From: Methanocaldococcus indicus | Lineage (GTDB): Archaea; AGJL01; Methanococci; Methanococcales; Methanocaldococcaceae | NCBI RefSeq assembly: GCF_049554935.1 | Contig: NZ_CP186926.1 | Location: 224,001-288,000 of the forward strand | Reading direction: 5' to 3' | DNA: 64,000 bases | Shown here: piece after piece, positions 41,592-52,565 of the stretch | How positions within the stretch are numbered: position 1 is the first letter of the stretch | How the letters are laid out: the number at the start of each line of letters is the position of its first letter | The notes under the pieces: generated by a model | What the model saw: the letters and a program-made list of their open reading frames with translations, nothing else | What the model was told of the DNA's origin: nothing | Database searches by the model: none | Program-made: the position numbers and the translations under genes

Positions 41592-42827
41592 ATGAGAAAG
41601 TGGCTAATACTTTTGTTAGTTCCAATCTTAATAGGAAGTTTTTTAGCAGGATGTACTCAACAAAGTAATGAAAATAATGAGATAAAAATTGGATTATTAG
41701 TTGATTTATCAGGGGGTTTATCATCTTATGGACAAAATGAAAAAGATATCTGCCAATTAGCTCAAGAGAAAATAAACAACTACTTTAAAGACCATAACAT
41801 TCCTTACACTGTAAAAATATATGTTGAAGATACAAAAGCAGACCCAAAAGTTTGTTTAGATAAAGTTCAAGCTCTCCATGCTATGGGAATAAATGCTTTT
41901 TTAGGACCAATGGCAAGTGGAGAAGTTAAAAATATAAAAGATTATGTAAATTCAAATAAATTAGTTATAATATCTCCATCATCTACAGCAGCTCCACAAA
42001 TATTAGGATTTGAAACTCCTGAACAGAAAAAATATATATTTAGATTTGTTCCAAATGATAACTTCCAAGGTAATGGTATTGCAGATATTGCAAAAAGTTT
42101 AGGAGTTAAAAATGCTGTTATAATATACAGAGGAGATGCTTGGGGAGATGGATTAAAAGAAGCAACAGTTAAAAAATTAAAAGAATATGGAATTAATGTA
42201 GTTGATGAAATAAGATATCCTCCAGATATTGGAGACTGGAGTCCTATAATACAAACAGCTACAAATGATATAAAAGGAAAAAAAGATGCAGCTGTTTTAT
42301 TTATTGGATATGAAGAAGTAGCTACTCTACTTTCACAGTTAAATGATAACTCACCTTTATTAAATTGTATATGGATAGGTTGTGATGGAACTGCTAAGAG
42401 TGAAAAAGTTATAAATGAAGTTAAAGATAAAGCAGCAAAAGTTAAATTGTATTCAACAATGTTCTACTCTGAAAGTGATGATGCAAAGATTTTAAAAGAA
42501 GAATTTAAAAAGAAATTTGGTAGAGAACCAGACCAATATGCTCTAAATGTTTATGATGCAGCATGGGTATTATCATTGTCATATGCAGAGATGTTAAATG
42601 AGACAAAAGGAAAATATGACGCTGATTTATTAGCAAAATTAATAAAAGAGAATACTGAAAAGTACTCAAAAGGAGAGTTTGGTGTTAAACCAGTAACAGG
42701 ATATATAAAATTAAATATATGGAATGATAGAGCTTCTGGTAATTATGGAATATTTGCTGTTACAAAAGATGGTTGGAAGTTAGTTGGTATCTGGAACTCT
42801 GAAACTAATAAAATAGAATGGTTATAA
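41592..42827 (+). CDS. ABC substrate-binding lipoprotein, branched-chain amino acid (LivK-like) family
   Basis: Lipobox LAGC, IKIG.L.DLSG, EDT..DP, GP..S, ISPSSTA, FRF.P.D..QG, YDA. Confidence 0.85.
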   Translation: MRKWLILLLVPILIGSFLAGCTQQSNENNEIKIGLLVDLSGGLSSYGQNEKDICQLAQEKINNYFKDHNIPYTVKIYVEDTKADPKVCLDKVQALHAMGINAFLGPMASGEVKNIKDYVNSNKLVIISPSSTAAPQILGFETPEQKKYIFRFVPNDNFQGNGIADIAKSLGVKNAVIIYRGDAWGDGLKEATVKKLKEYGINVVDEIRYPPDIGDWSPIIQTATNDIKGKKDAAVLFIGYEEVATLLSQLNDNSPLLNCIWIGCDGTAKSEKVINEVKDKAAKVKLYSTMFYSESDDAKILKEEFKKKFGREPDQYALNVYDAAWVLSLSYAEMLNETKGKYDADLLAKLIKENTEKYSKGEFGVKPVTGYIKLNIWNDRASGNYGIFAVTKDGWKLVGIWNSETNKIEWL

Positions 42828-43574
42828 TTTAACCATATACTTTTTTGATAATTTTGCACTATAATATCCAAAAGAACTACCAGATTTTAAAAATTTAAGA
42901 ACTTTTTCTATGTCATATATCTTTGTTGATGCTATATAATCAACATTGTACTCTTTTAAAAATTCTGGATACAATTGAGCTGTTGCTCCAACTAACACAT
43001 TTATTGAATTTTTTGCTCTATCTAAAATCATATCTATTGTATTGTTCAACAATGATGTTCCAGAGATAAAAACAACATCCATATTGGGAAGTAAGGAATA
43101 TTCATAACTGTCAGAATATACATTTTCATTTATATTCTTTGGATTTCTTTCAAAGATATATATTTCTAAGTTATTATAATTGTTTTTTAAGTATTTAACA
43201 ATAGGTGTCATATTTCCAATTAAAGCAACTTTTTTATTGTTATCTACAACATCTAACAGAGTTCTTTTAAAATCTTCTTCATCTAACTTTATATAGTATT
43301 GTGAGACTGCATTTATAAAAGCTAATGTTAAAGTTCTATCTACAATATCATAACTCTCAACTAAAAAATCATCAATATCTTTTTTTATTTCAAATCTCAT
43401 TTTTGGATGTATCTCCTCTAATAGCATCATTGCTACTCCTAAGGATTTGTTTCCTTCATCATCCTCAATTAATACATAACTATATGGATAAGAAAAAGAA
43501 AAATCAACTATTTGGAAGTCTGAATTTTTTATTAATTTTTTAGTTTTTTTAATAATATTGGAAAATATGGTCAT
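42822..43574 (-). CDS. DUF4213/DUF364 Rossmann-like protein
   Basis: A.INAVSQ, VALIG...P, ERNP, ISGTSL.N.T. Confidence 0.75.
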   Translation of the reverse strand: MTIFSNIIKKTKKLIKNSDFQIVDFSFSYPYSYVLIEDDEGNKSLGVAMMLLEEIHPKMRFEIKKDIDDFLVESYDIVDRTLTLAFINAVSQYYIKLDEEDFKRTLLDVVDNNKKVALIGNMTPIVKYLKNNYNNLEIYIFERNPKNINENVYSDSYEYSLLPNMDVVFISGTSLLNNTIDMILDRAKNSINVLVGATAQLYPEFLKEYNVDYIASTKIYDIEKVLKFLKSGSSFGYYSAKLSKKYMVKL

Positions 43575-44113
43575 AGTTCCAACCTCTTTAAAATCTCATT
43601 AAAAACATTATCTATACTTTTATTTGATGTATCAATAACAATAAAATTATATTCCTTAGCTAATTCTAAATACTTCTTTTGAACTTTCTCTAAAAAAGAT
43701 TTTTTTTCAAATAAGTCAGAAGTTTTTAATCTTTTTATAGCTTCATCAACATCAACAACTAACAGAAATACAACATCTGGCATTATTATATCTTTATTTA
43801 TATACTTAATAAATTCATCTTCAACTCCTAAAACAGATTGATATGCCAAAGTAGAAAAAAAGTATCTATCACAAATAACTCCTTTTTTTATATTTTCTTT
43901 AATAATTTTCTGATGTTCATATCTATCAGCAGTAAATAGTAGAGTTATTGCTTTACTATCTATATTTTTATTCTTTGTTAATATCTCTCTAATAAATTTT
44001 CCAATCTCTCCATCTGTTGGCTCTGCTGTCCAAAAATAACCTAAATGATTAGCCAACATCTTTGATATTGTTGTTTTTCCACTACCATCAATTCCTTCAA
44101 AAACTATAAACAC
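43571..44113 (-). CDS. tmk: Thymidylate kinase
   Basis: FEGIDGSGKTT, EP, LF.ADR, CDRY..S..AYQ. Confidence 0.95.
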   Translation of the reverse strand: MFIVFEGIDGSGKTTISKMLANHLGYFWTAEPTDGEIGKFIREILTKNKNIDSKAITLLFTADRYEHQKIIKENIKKGVICDRYFFSTLAYQSVLGVEDEFIKYINKDIIMPDVVFLLVVDVDEAIKRLKTSDLFEKKSFLEKVQKKYLELAKEYNFIVIDTSNKSIDNVFNEILKRLEL

Positions 44114-44114
44114 T

Positions 44115-44822
44115 TTACAAAACCCCCAAAATTTTGTGTATTTGGATAGAAAACATTACATTATCTCCTAAATGTTCTCCACAAGCTTCCATAATTTTAA
44201 ATAGTTTTTCTTTTGGGATATTATAACCACTAACTGGTTGGATACATAATAATATATCTCCTATATTTGATAAATCCTTAGCTATATTTTTAATATCCTC
44301 TATCTTTGTATTTTCCATAATAACAACTTTTGCATATACATCTGTTTCTAAGTTGTAGAATTTTTCAATAGTTTTTAGTTCATTTTTATATATACTTGAA
44401 TAATTAACTATATTATTAAAATGTTCTTTAAGCTTAATATCTATTGAAGCAATATCAACATAAAAAACTCTTTCAGGATATATTCCATTACTCTCTAAAA
44501 AAGTTCTATACCCATTCTCTTTTAACATTTTATTTAATTCTTTACAAAACTTATAGTAGTATAGTGGCTCACCACCAGTAAAAGAGACAGCAAATAAGTC
44601 AGGAGTTTTTAATTTTTCAATAGAACTAAAAATATCATTTAAATTATAATTAATTTTTTTAAAAACTTCTGTTCCAGGTTTTACTTCTGCTCCTCTATAT
44701 GGTTTTTTATCTTCATCACAATAAATACATTTTAAAGGGCACTTATCAAATCTAACAAAAATAAATCTCCTACCTATATATTTCCCTTCTCCCATTATAG
44801 AGCTAAAAATTTCTTTAATCAT
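44115..44822 (-). CDS. queE: 7-carboxy-7-deazaguanine synthase (radical SAM)
   Basis: EIFSSI.GEG...G...FVRF..CPLKCIYCD, TGGEP, ESNG, Q.HK. Confidence 0.88.
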   Translation of the reverse strand: MIKEIFSSIMGEGKYIGRRFIFVRFDKCPLKCIYCDEDKKPYRGAEVKPGTEVFKKINYNLNDIFSSIEKLKTPDLFAVSFTGGEPLYYYKFCKELNKMLKENGYRTFLESNGIYPERVFYVDIASIDIKLKEHFNNIVNYSSIYKNELKTIEKFYNLETDVYAKVVIMENTKIEDIKNIAKDLSNIGDILLCIQPVSGYNIPKEKLFKIMEACGEHLGDNVMFSIQIHKILGVL

Positions 44823-44895
44823 ATTTTCATTTTTAAAAAAGTTTTATAATAATAACAACAAAAAAATTAATAATTAATAATAATATAAAAAATAA

Positions 44896-45099
44896 TTATT
44901 TTTTTAAAGCCAATTTTATATCTTCAACTTTAACAGTTTTTCTCTTAGCATGTTTAGCTAACTCTACAGCTTCTTTTGCTATTTCTAATGCTATTTCTTC
45001 AATTGCTTCTGCTAAATATTCTGCTGCTGCTCTACTAACTCTCTCTGCTCCTGCCTTTTTTAAGATTCTTTCAAATGGTGCAACTGGAAGCTCTGCCAT
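44896..45099 (-). CDS. Archaeal histone (HMf family)
   Basis: [20 protein letters not shown]...[11 protein letters not shown]. Confidence 0.97.
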   Translation of the reverse strand: MAELPVAPFERILKKAGAERVSRAAAEYLAEAIEEIALEIAKEAVELAKHAKRKTVKVEDIKLALKK

Positions 45100-45200
45100 C
45101 TTATCACCTCAAAACCTTTCTATTATCTTTTTAATTAAAGATTTATTATAAATACTTTTCGGTTTTTTGGTTCTAATTGTGCTCAATATCTTTGTTAAAA

Positions 45201-46208
45201 TTATGGATGGAGAGATATATCCATCAACCCTAATTTTTCATCATATCCAAATAAGATATTCATATTTTGTATTGCTTGCCCACTTGCTCCTTTAACAAGG
45301 TTATCTATTGCTGATATAACAACTAACCTATCTCCTCCAACCTCTATACCCATATCACAAAAGTTACTACCTCTCACATAACTTAATTTTGGAGTATCAA
45401 CTAACCTAACAAAAAATTCATCTTTATAGAATTTTTCATATATATTAATTATTTCATCTTTTGATATACTATCTCTTAAAAATGTATGAGCTGTTGTTAA
45501 AATACCTCTTGTTATTGGAACTAAGTGTGGAGTAAAATAAATTTTAGCTTTTCCTAATTTATTTAACTTCTCTTCTATTTCTGGCTGATGTCTATGATTA
45601 ACTATTTTGTATGGATTTACATTTTCATTTACATTTGGAAAGTGTGTAGTTTCACTTGGATTTATTCCAGCCCCACTAACTCCTGTTTTTGAGTCAATAA
45701 TAATCCTTTCTTCAATTATATCATTTTTTACTGCTGGAGCTAAGGCTAATATTGCTCCAGTTGGGAAACATCCTGGATTTGCAACTAAATCAGCTTTTTT
45801 AATATCTTCTCTAAAAATTTCTGGTAATCCATATGCAATATTTACATCTGGCAAGCCTTTATGCTTAATTTTATAATATTTTTCATATAAATCTAAATTC
45901 TCAAATCTATAATCTCCACTTAAATCAATAACCTTTATTCCTCTCTCTATATACTTTGGAACTATTTCCATAGATGTTCCATGAGGAGTAGCTGTAAAAA
46001 CTAAATCAACATCCCCAACATCTTCTGTGAAGTATAAGTTTTCATATTTTTTAACACCTTTTAAAAATGGATAAACTTTAAAAAGATGTTTTCCTTTCTC
46101 TTTTCTTGATGTTATATATTTAACCTCTACCTCTGGATGTTTTGCTAAAAATCTTAACAATTCACTTCCTGTATATCCAGTAGCTCCTACAATTCCAACA
46201 GTAATCAT
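45201..46208 (-). CDS. argC: N-acetyl-gamma-glutamyl-phosphate reductase
   Basis: [50 protein letters not shown]. Confidence 0.96.
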   Translation of the reverse strand: MITVGIVGATGYTGSELLRFLAKHPEVEVKYITSRKEKGKHLFKVYPFLKGVKKYENLYFTEDVGDVDLVFTATPHGTSMEIVPKYIERGIKVIDLSGDYRFENLDLYEKYYKIKHKGLPDVNIAYGLPEIFREDIKKADLVANPGCFPTGAILALAPAVKNDIIEERIIIDSKTGVSGAGINPSETTHFPNVNENVNPYKIVNHRHQPEIEEKLNKLGKAKIYFTPHLVPITRGILTTAHTFLRDSISKDEIINIYEKFYKDEFFVRLVDTPKLSYVRGSNFCDMGIEVGGDRLVVISAIDNLVKGASGQAIQNMNILFGYDEKLGLMDISLHP

Positions 46209-46583
46209 CTACTCACCTAAATTTTTTCTTAGTTTATAGTAGTGGTACTCAACAGTTTTTAAATTTAACCCAGTTTTTTCAGCTATCTCTTTTGGTTTTA
46301 GATGAATATACTTCTTAATTATTTTATCTATATTTGTAGGTCTTCCTGTTTTAGGTTTTATTTTTATAATCTCTATCCCTACACCTTCCAAAGCCTTTAA
46401 TATCTTTTTTGAAGTTCTTTTATATTTTGATTCTGGTAAATATATCTTCTTTGGTTCAACATACTCTAAAAGAGCTATTGCAATATCTCTATCTATTTCT
46501 CTATTTATGTATATTTCATCAACATGTCCTATTTCTTCAATTTTTTTTAGAATATCTTCTTTTTTTCCATACAACTTAATCAT
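46209..46583 (-). CDS. DUF1699-like protein with a C-terminal HTH
   Basis: LP.S.Y...S, GRP, KEIAEKTGLNLKTVEYH. Confidence 0.6.
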   Translation of the reverse strand: MIKLYGKKEDILKKIEEIGHVDEIYINREIDRDIAIALLEYVEPKKIYLPESKYKRTSKKILKALEGVGIEIIKIKPKTGRPTNIDKIIKKYIHLKPKEIAEKTGLNLKTVEYHYYKLRKNLGE

Positions 46584-47092
46584 TCTCTTTTCACTTTAAT
46601 GGCTTTTCTCACTATTTTTGAGCCACAAATTTCACATTCTCCTTCATAATCAATAGGATAAATCTTCTTACAACCTTTACAAACCTTTTTCCAAACAAAT
46701 GATTTATTAGTTTTATAAAAAATTCCTTCACAATCTAAATTTAGTTTTTTAGCAACATTTTGAATTCCAAAATCATCAGTTAAAATAGTTGCATTTAGTT
46801 GTAGAGAAAGAGCAACACATAAAATATCTTGATAAGAGAGATTATCTCCTGTCTCTTTCATAACTTCTTTAACTTTTTTAATATACTCTTCTTTTGGTTG
46901 GATTATTTTAACTTTTCCTAACTGTATAGCTTGATTTATAATAACTTTGTTCTCTTCTATCTCTTCCAAAGTTTCAGGAGTAATATAATATTCATAATCA
47001 TAATAATTTGGATTATATCCATGTATTATTGCAGAGGCATCTAAAACATACTTTTTATTCTTCTTTTCTTCTCTGTGAGATGAGATAAACAA
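46580..47092 (-). CDS. nob1: Nob1-family PIN/Zn-ribbon endonuclease (TTG start inside the 3' end of the chemoreceptor gene)
   Basis: [26 protein letters not shown]...CEICG; GGTGA 5 nt before TTG 47092. Confidence 0.88.
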   Translation of the reverse strand: MFISSHREEKKNKKYVLDASAIIHGYNPNYYDYEYYITPETLEEIEENKVIINQAIQLGKVKIIQPKEEYIKKVKEVMKETGDNLSYQDILCVALSLQLNATILTDDFGIQNVAKKLNLDCEGIFYKTNKSFVWKKVCKGCKKIYPIDYEGECEICGSKIVRKAIKVKRE

Positions 47093-47792
47093 GCAAGTCA
47101 CCTAAATCTTTATTAAATTTTACTTGTAGTTTATGTAATTCTTCTAATGTCATAGCTAATCCAGATAATCCCTTTATATCATGAACAATTCCCTCTTGTT
47201 CTTTAGCTATATTATCTAATAATTTACTTATCTCAATTATTTTGTTTATATCCTCTCCTAACAAAGAAGTTCCAGCCTTAATCTTGTCAATAACCTCAAT
47301 AGCCTCCCTTAGTTTATTTAAATCTTCCATTATTTCTTCATTAAACTTTCTTATTCTTTTTGTTAATTGCATTGTTTGGTTTGCCATTCTTCTAATTTCA
47401 TCAGCTACAACAGCAAAACCTCTTCCATATTCTTTAGCTCTCTCAGCCTCAATAGATGCATTTAAAGCTACTAAATTAGTATGTTTAGCTACCTTACTGA
47501 TTTCTTCACTTATTTCAGAAATATATTTTAGATTCTCCACTAATTTATTGAATTCTTTAGAAAATATTTCTAATTTTTCAAAAAATGGTAAAAAGTCATT
47601 TCTAAACTTCTCTAATTCATCAACAATTTCAGAAAGTTTTTCTATATTATTTAAAATAATGTAGTTATTTTCTAAAAATTTTCCAGAGATTTCCTTAGCT
47701 AATGAGTCAATAATTTTTGAAGTCTCTTTACTTCCTGCTTCTAATCTTACTGCATCAGATAATATTTCACATGTTTTTTCAACTTCTTTCAT
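47055..47792 (-). CDS. Soluble methyl-accepting chemotaxis transducer
   Basis: [30 protein letters not shown] signalling hairpin; no TM. Confidence 0.92.
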   Translation of the reverse strand: MKEVEKTCEILSDAVRLEAGSKETSKIIDSLAKEISGKFLENNYIILNNIEKLSEIVDELEKFRNDFLPFFEKLEIFSKEFNKLVENLKYISEISEEISKVAKHTNLVALNASIEAERAKEYGRGFAVVADEIRRMANQTMQLTKRIRKFNEEIMEDLNKLREAIEVIDKIKAGTSLLGEDINKIIEISKLLDNIAKEQEGIVHDIKGLSGLAMTLEELHKLQVKFNKDLGDLLVYLISQRRKEE

Positions 47793-47804
47793 AAATCATC
47801 CCCC

Positions 47805-48566
47805 TTACAATAAATCAACCCCACATTTTAGATTTTCTAAAAAGCTAAAGAATCTGTTTATATATTTTTTTGGAATTATAGAACCATGTTGTGGTAATAT
47901 AGCCTCTATATCATACTGTCTAACATTACTTAGCCACCATCTTAGTGCATGATTACTTGCCATTAACTTTTGATGTAGTGGTTTCATAGCTTCAATATGC
48001 TTATCTATATCCTCAACTACCAACTTTGGCTCATCTAATATAGCTATTCCAATATCTCCTGTAAATAGAAACTTACTTTTTCTATCATAAATAGAGTAAT
48101 GTCCTGGACTATGTAAATAATGGGCTGGAATAAACTCTAATGTTGTAGAACCAAACTTAATTCTATCTCCTTCATCTGGTAGAGGATATGCAACACTATC
48201 AACATCTTCAAAACCAAAGTGAGGTAAAAATCTAATCCACAACCAACTTGTAACTATCTTTGCATCTGTCAATGCTCTCCATAAAGGAATACTTCCAGCA
48301 ACATCTGGGTCTTGGTGACACATATAAATATATTTTATATTTTTAGGGTTTATATATTTTGATATATTAGATATAACTTTTGGAAATATTTTGTATCCTC
48401 CAGGGTCTAATAAAAATCCTTCTCTTCTACTAACAATTAAGTAACTATTAACATCAACATCTCCCTCTCCAATGTAAGTTCCTAAATACACTACTTTATA
48501 ATCTCCATCTTCAAAAAGCACATGGTCTTTCCTTGCATCCAATCCTTCCTTGATATAGTAGTTCAA
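47805..48566 (-). CDS. ODP-type oxygen-binding di-iron MBL-fold protein
   Basis: [31 protein letters not shown]; coupled to a soluble MCP; TTG start after GGTGA. Confidence 0.82.
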   Translation of the reverse strand: MNYYIKEGLDARKDHVLFEDGDYKVVYLGTYIGEGDVDVNSYLIVSRREGFLLDPGGYKIFPKVISNISKYINPKNIKYIYMCHQDPDVAGSIPLWRALTDAKIVTSWLWIRFLPHFGFEDVDSVAYPLPDEGDRIKFGSTTLEFIPAHYLHSPGHYSIYDRKSKFLFTGDIGIAILDEPKLVVEDIDKHIEAMKPLHQKLMASNHALRWWLSNVRQYDIEAILPQHGSIIPKKYINRFFSFLENLKCGVDLL

Positions 48567-48735
48567 AGTATCACCCCAATACATCTAAAAACTTAATTAT
48601 ATAGCAATAATTAAACAATTATCATCTGTAATAATTAAAATCTTAAAAGTCAATTTATATAGTTCAAATCTTAATATTTGTTGTTTTATTTTTTTTATAC
48701 CCATACAAATATAAAAATACTATGTTTATTTAAGG

Positions 48736-49236
48736 ATGATTGCTATGCATAGAGTATTAAAAAATATTAATTATGGGATTATAACAGTTAGTACAAGTAG
48801 GTATAAAAATCTTATAGAAAATAAGAGCTTTACTGATGAATCTGGGAAGTTTTTAAAAGATGAGTTTAATGCAAAAGTACATCTATTGGTTCCTGACAAT
48901 GAGGAGATGATAATTGGAGCTATTAAGTTTATAGTTGAAGAATATGAAGATATAGATTGCATTATCTTAACAGGAGGAACTGGATTAGCTAAGAAAGATA
49001 TAACAGTTGAAGCATTAAAAAGGCTTGTTGAGAAGGAAATAGAAGGATTTAAAATTTTATTTTGCATGCTAAGTTTTGAAGATGTAGGGACAAGAGCTAT
49101 GTTATCAAGAGCTTTTGCAGGAATTTATAAAGATAAAGTTATATTTTCACTTCCTGGCTCTGTAAATGCTTGTAAGTTGGGAGCTAAATTAATTAAAAAA
49201 GAGATAGGACATATATTAGGACATGTAAGGGAATAG
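48736..49236 (+). CDS. moaB: Molybdopterin adenylyltransferase MoaB/Mog
   Basis: ITVSTS, D.SG, TGGTG...D.T.EA, LSRA.AG, LPGS..A. Confidence 0.92.
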   Translation: MIAMHRVLKNINYGIITVSTSRYKNLIENKSFTDESGKFLKDEFNAKVHLLVPDNEEMIIGAIKFIVEEYEDIDCIILTGGTGLAKKDITVEALKRLVEKEIEGFKILFCMLSFEDVGTRAMLSRAFAGIYKDKVIFSLPGSVNACKLGAKLIKKEIGHILGHVRE

Positions 49237-49238
49237 AG

Positions 49239-49610
49239 ATGTTAGAGAAAGTTATTAAAGGAATATTTAAAGAGTTTAATGTGAATGTAAAAAGAAAAAC
49301 TTTAGATGAACTCTTAAAGGAAGAGAGGCCTCATGTTATTATAAATGGTAAAAGACATAGGATTAAAAGAAGAGAATTGGATTTATTAAAAGAGATTGGA
49401 GATAAAGATTTAAAATTACCTATTGTTTTAGAGGTTCATGAGAATTTTATTGTAGTTAAAGGCAAAAAAGAGGTTAAAGTTATAGCTAAAATTTTAGATA
49501 AGGAAATTAATCCTTTTGAGGAGCCAGATATCCTCTATATATATAAACCAGAACTTAAAATTATTAGAAGAGAACTTCCAACTGCTACTCAATTAATCTT
49601 TAAATGGTAA
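49239..49610 (+). CDS. UPF0216/DUF61 protein
   Basis: RKTL.ELL.E..P, H.I...EL, LPI.LE, RR.LPT.TQ. Confidence 0.8.
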   Translation: MLEKVIKGIFKEFNVNVKRKTLDELLKEERPHVIINGKRHRIKRRELDLLKEIGDKDLKLPIVLEVHENFIVVKGKKEVKVIAKILDKEINPFEEPDILYIYKPELKIIRRELPTATQLIFKW

Positions 49611-49688
49611 TATATAAATTTTTTATAGAAAGGTTTTTATAGAACTTCATAAACATTTTATTAAAAAATTTTAAGATGAGGTGAAAAA

Positions 49689-51389
49689 GTGTTTTTAAAG
49701 AAGAGACACTTAGAAATTATAAAGAAGATGAAAGAGACAGAAGAGCAAAAAGTTATTGAAAGTTCTCTACCAGAAGAGTTTAAAGTTAGAGCTTTAGAGT
49801 TGTTTATTTTAGGATTTGTTGAGTTAGAAGATGATAAAATAAAATTTACAAAAGCTGGAGAAAGACTTTTAAAATTAGTTGAAAAATTAGATTTAGAGAA
49901 AATTCCTGATGTATTTGTTGATTCTGAAATTATAAAAATCTTAGAGTTATTAGAAGAAACTGGAAATGTTCCAGAGGATTGGCTAACACTATTAAAAGAA
50001 AGATTTTTAGCTGATGATGAAGGTTTAAGTGAGATTGGAAAAGAAGTTTTAGAAATATATAGAGAGACACATCCAGTTTTATATTTAAATCCTGCAATAA
50101 TTGCATTTATAAGAGATATGCCAAAGATTGGAACTTATGATGAGTTGATAGTATATAAAGAAACAAAACCAAATGCAGACAACATAATAAATGCTTTACA
50201 AGCTATGAGATTATTATTAATTTCTCCAAAGACAGAAGGAGGAAAGGCATTTGCTACAACATCAGCAGTTAAGGAAATTTTAAAATTAATTAATTTAGTT
50301 CCTAATTTGAGCAGAACATTAATTTTAAGACAAGAAGATTTAGAGATGTTAGAAAGTGGTAAATCATCAAAAGAATTAGAAGAAAGTGGATTCTATAAGG
50401 ATGGAATAACTGAATTAGGACAACAAATGATTGACACATATAAAGAGATGGGAAAATCATTAGAGAAAGCACTACCTATTTATGTATTAGAGGATGAAAT
50501 TAAAGTTTTAAAGGCAATTGAAGAAATAGAAGAGAAGTATAAAACAAATCCAGAAATAATCCCAACATATAAAGAAATTGAAAAAAGAACACAAATAGAA
50601 GATTTAGGGGCAATCTTACATAGTTTAGAAGCTAAGGAACTAATTAAAAGAGAGGTTATAAAAGAGAAAGATTGTTATTGGTACACTGATTATGGAAAGA
50701 AAGCTAAGGACTTTGGATATGTAACAACTGATGGAATGAAAGCAGTAACATATCCAGAAGGTAATGATGTTCCAATAGCTGAATGGGTTATGAAAGGTAA
50801 AGAAGAAGGGACAGTTAAGAGAGGAATAACAGAAAAAGGAAAATTCTATATGAAGTTATCAAGAACTATTAAAAGAAAACCATACTTAACAAAGTATGAT
50901 ATATCATTGTTAGTTAAAACTCCAAAGAAAAAATATATTCACAGAGATGAATTAGTTAAATTAATTCAAGACCATGTTGGTGGAGCAGAAAAAGAAATTA
51001 TAAAAGCAATTGGAGAAGCTGAGTCTAAGGGATTTGTTGTTGAACTTCAAAATAAAATGGTTAAATTAACAGAATTAGGAGAAAAAGTTAAAGAAGCAAT
51101 AGAAAAAGCAAAAGTTCAAGAACTATTAAAAGTTAAATTTGCTATTACACCAACTACATACAACATATTAAAGGCTATATATGACAACAGAAAAGAGTTT
51201 GATAGAGTATATAAGGAGATGTTAGAAGGAAAAGCTCATAAAGAAAATGATATAATCTTATTAGCTAAGTTGTTACCACTAACTATTGATGAAATTAAGA
51301 AAAACATTGTTATATTGAGAGATACTGGATTTTTAGGTAAAAGAGGTTTAACTGATGCAGCAATTACATTAATTGAAGCTTATGAATAA
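49689..51389 (+). CDS. DUF505-like protein with repeated winged-helix modules
   Basis: Recurring (F/L/I)T..G wing motifs (FTKAG, ITELG, ITEKG, LTELG); LQAMRLL.IS. Confidence 0.65.
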   Translation: MFLKKRHLEIIKKMKETEEQKVIESSLPEEFKVRALELFILGFVELEDDKIKFTKAGERLLKLVEKLDLEKIPDVFVDSEIIKILELLEETGNVPEDWLTLLKERFLADDEGLSEIGKEVLEIYRETHPVLYLNPAIIAFIRDMPKIGTYDELIVYKETKPNADNIINALQAMRLLLISPKTEGGKAFATTSAVKEILKLINLVPNLSRTLILRQEDLEMLESGKSSKELEESGFYKDGITELGQQMIDTYKEMGKSLEKALPIYVLEDEIKVLKAIEEIEEKYKTNPEIIPTYKEIEKRTQIEDLGAILHSLEAKELIKREVIKEKDCYWYTDYGKKAKDFGYVTTDGMKAVTYPEGNDVPIAEWVMKGKEEGTVKRGITEKGKFYMKLSRTIKRKPYLTKYDISLLVKTPKKKYIHRDELVKLIQDHVGGAEKEIIKAIGEAESKGFVVELQNKMVKLTELGEKVKEAIEKAKVQELLKVKFAITPTTYNILKAIYDNRKEFDRVYKEMLEGKAHKENDIILLAKLLPLTIDEIKKNIVILRDTGFLGKRGLTDAAITLIEAYE

Positions 51390-51525
51390 ATTATACTTTA
51401 ACTACTTAACTACAATTAACTATTTTTTTTTTTAGTTTTATTTTTTAAATTTTAGATATAGAATAAAATTTTTAAAGTAGGTATTATTATTTTCCCATTA
51501 AACTATAAAAAGTCAATTTTAAAAT

Positions 51526-52233
51526 GTGAAAATTATGATAGAAAGATTAATAAAATTAGCTGAAAAGATAGAAGACAAAGATTTAAGAGAAAAAGTTATA
51601 GATTTTATAAAAAATCCAAAAGCTACACATCCAGAGATAAAAGATACTGGTATAAGCTTAGAAGAATCTCCTGCAAGTATAAACTGGCACCATAGATATA
51701 AAGGAGGATTGATAGAGCACACTGAATCTGTGACAAAATTAGCTCTAAAAATGGCAGAAGTTTTTGAAGATGTCTATAATGTTAAAATAAATAAGGATTA
51801 TTTAATAGCTGGAGCTCTTTTGCATGATATTATGAAACCTTACAATTACATAAAAACAGAGGACGGTTTTGACCACATTGATTTGTTTAATTTAGACCAT
51901 CTCACATTAGCTGTTGCTGAACTATATAAAAGAAACTTTCCATTAGAAGTAATTAAAATAGTTGCTTCTCATCATGGAGAACATTCACCAACAAAGCCAA
52001 ACTCATTAGAGGCATTAATAGTCCATTATGCAGATGAAGCTGATTCTAAAATAAATGATGTTGCTGTAAGAGTTTGTTCTGCAAGAAGTAGAGATTTAGG
52101 GGTAGATGAACAAGATATATATGAAAAAATAACACCTCTAAAAGTTTATGAAGTTAGAAGTAGAGAAGGTAGAGAGAAAACTATAGAATTCTTAAAAAAG
52201 CTTTTAGATTTAATAGAAGAAAAAATAGATTAA
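51526..52233 (+). CDS. mptB: HD-domain phosphodiesterase, probably methanopterin-pathway MptB
   Basis: PAS..WHH.Y.GGL.EHT, LLHD..K, DH, SHHG, EA.IVH.AD..D. Confidence 0.65.
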   Translation: MKIMIERLIKLAEKIEDKDLREKVIDFIKNPKATHPEIKDTGISLEESPASINWHHRYKGGLIEHTESVTKLALKMAEVFEDVYNVKINKDYLIAGALLHDIMKPYNYIKTEDGFDHIDLFNLDHLTLAVAELYKRNFPLEVIKIVASHHGEHSPTKPNSLEALIVHYADEADSKINDVAVRVCSARSRDLGVDEQDIYEKITPLKVYEVRSREGREKTIEFLKKLLDLIEEKID

Positions 52234-52244
52234 AAACTAAAAAA

Positions 52245-52321
52245 TGGAGCCTCGGGCGGGGTTTGAACCCGCGACCTCCTGCTTACCAAGCAGGCGCTCT
52301 ACCAGGCTGAGCCACCGAGGC
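52245..52321 (-). tRNA. tRNA-Thr(GGT), CCA encoded
   Basis: GCCTCGG acceptor stem; anticodon arm CCTGC-TTGGTAA-GCAGG; T-loop TTCAAAC; 3' TCCA. Confidence 0.96.
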
Positions 52322-52413
52322 GCATTATTACAATAATTCAGAACTCATATATATATTTTTCTGCGTAAAGTATATATATTAGTTCAACATTTAATAATAA
52401 ATCGCTTTTAAGT

Positions 52414-52489
52414 AGCCCGGTGGTGTAGCGGCCTATCATCCGGGGCTTTGGACCCCGGGACCGCGGTTCGAATCCGCGCCGGGCTGCCA
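52414..52489 (+). tRNA. tRNA-Gln(TTG), CCA encoded
   Basis: AGCCCGG/CCGGGCT acceptor stem (A1-U72); anticodon arm CGGGG-CTTTGGA-CCCCG; GGTTCGAATCC. Confidence 0.96.
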
Positions 52490-52565
52490 ATTTTTTAGAA
52501 ATTATTATTTTTTGCTTAATTTTATACACTTCTTCATTAATTAATTTAAATAAATTGGTGAGAAT

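Noticed and set aside
51398-51422. TTAACTA repeated three times after the DUF505-like gene
   Set aside because: Short AT-rich microrepeat beside a T-tract terminator; compatible with slippage or chance.
52338-52529. 63-aa minus-strand ORF
   Set aside because: Antisense to tRNA-Gln.
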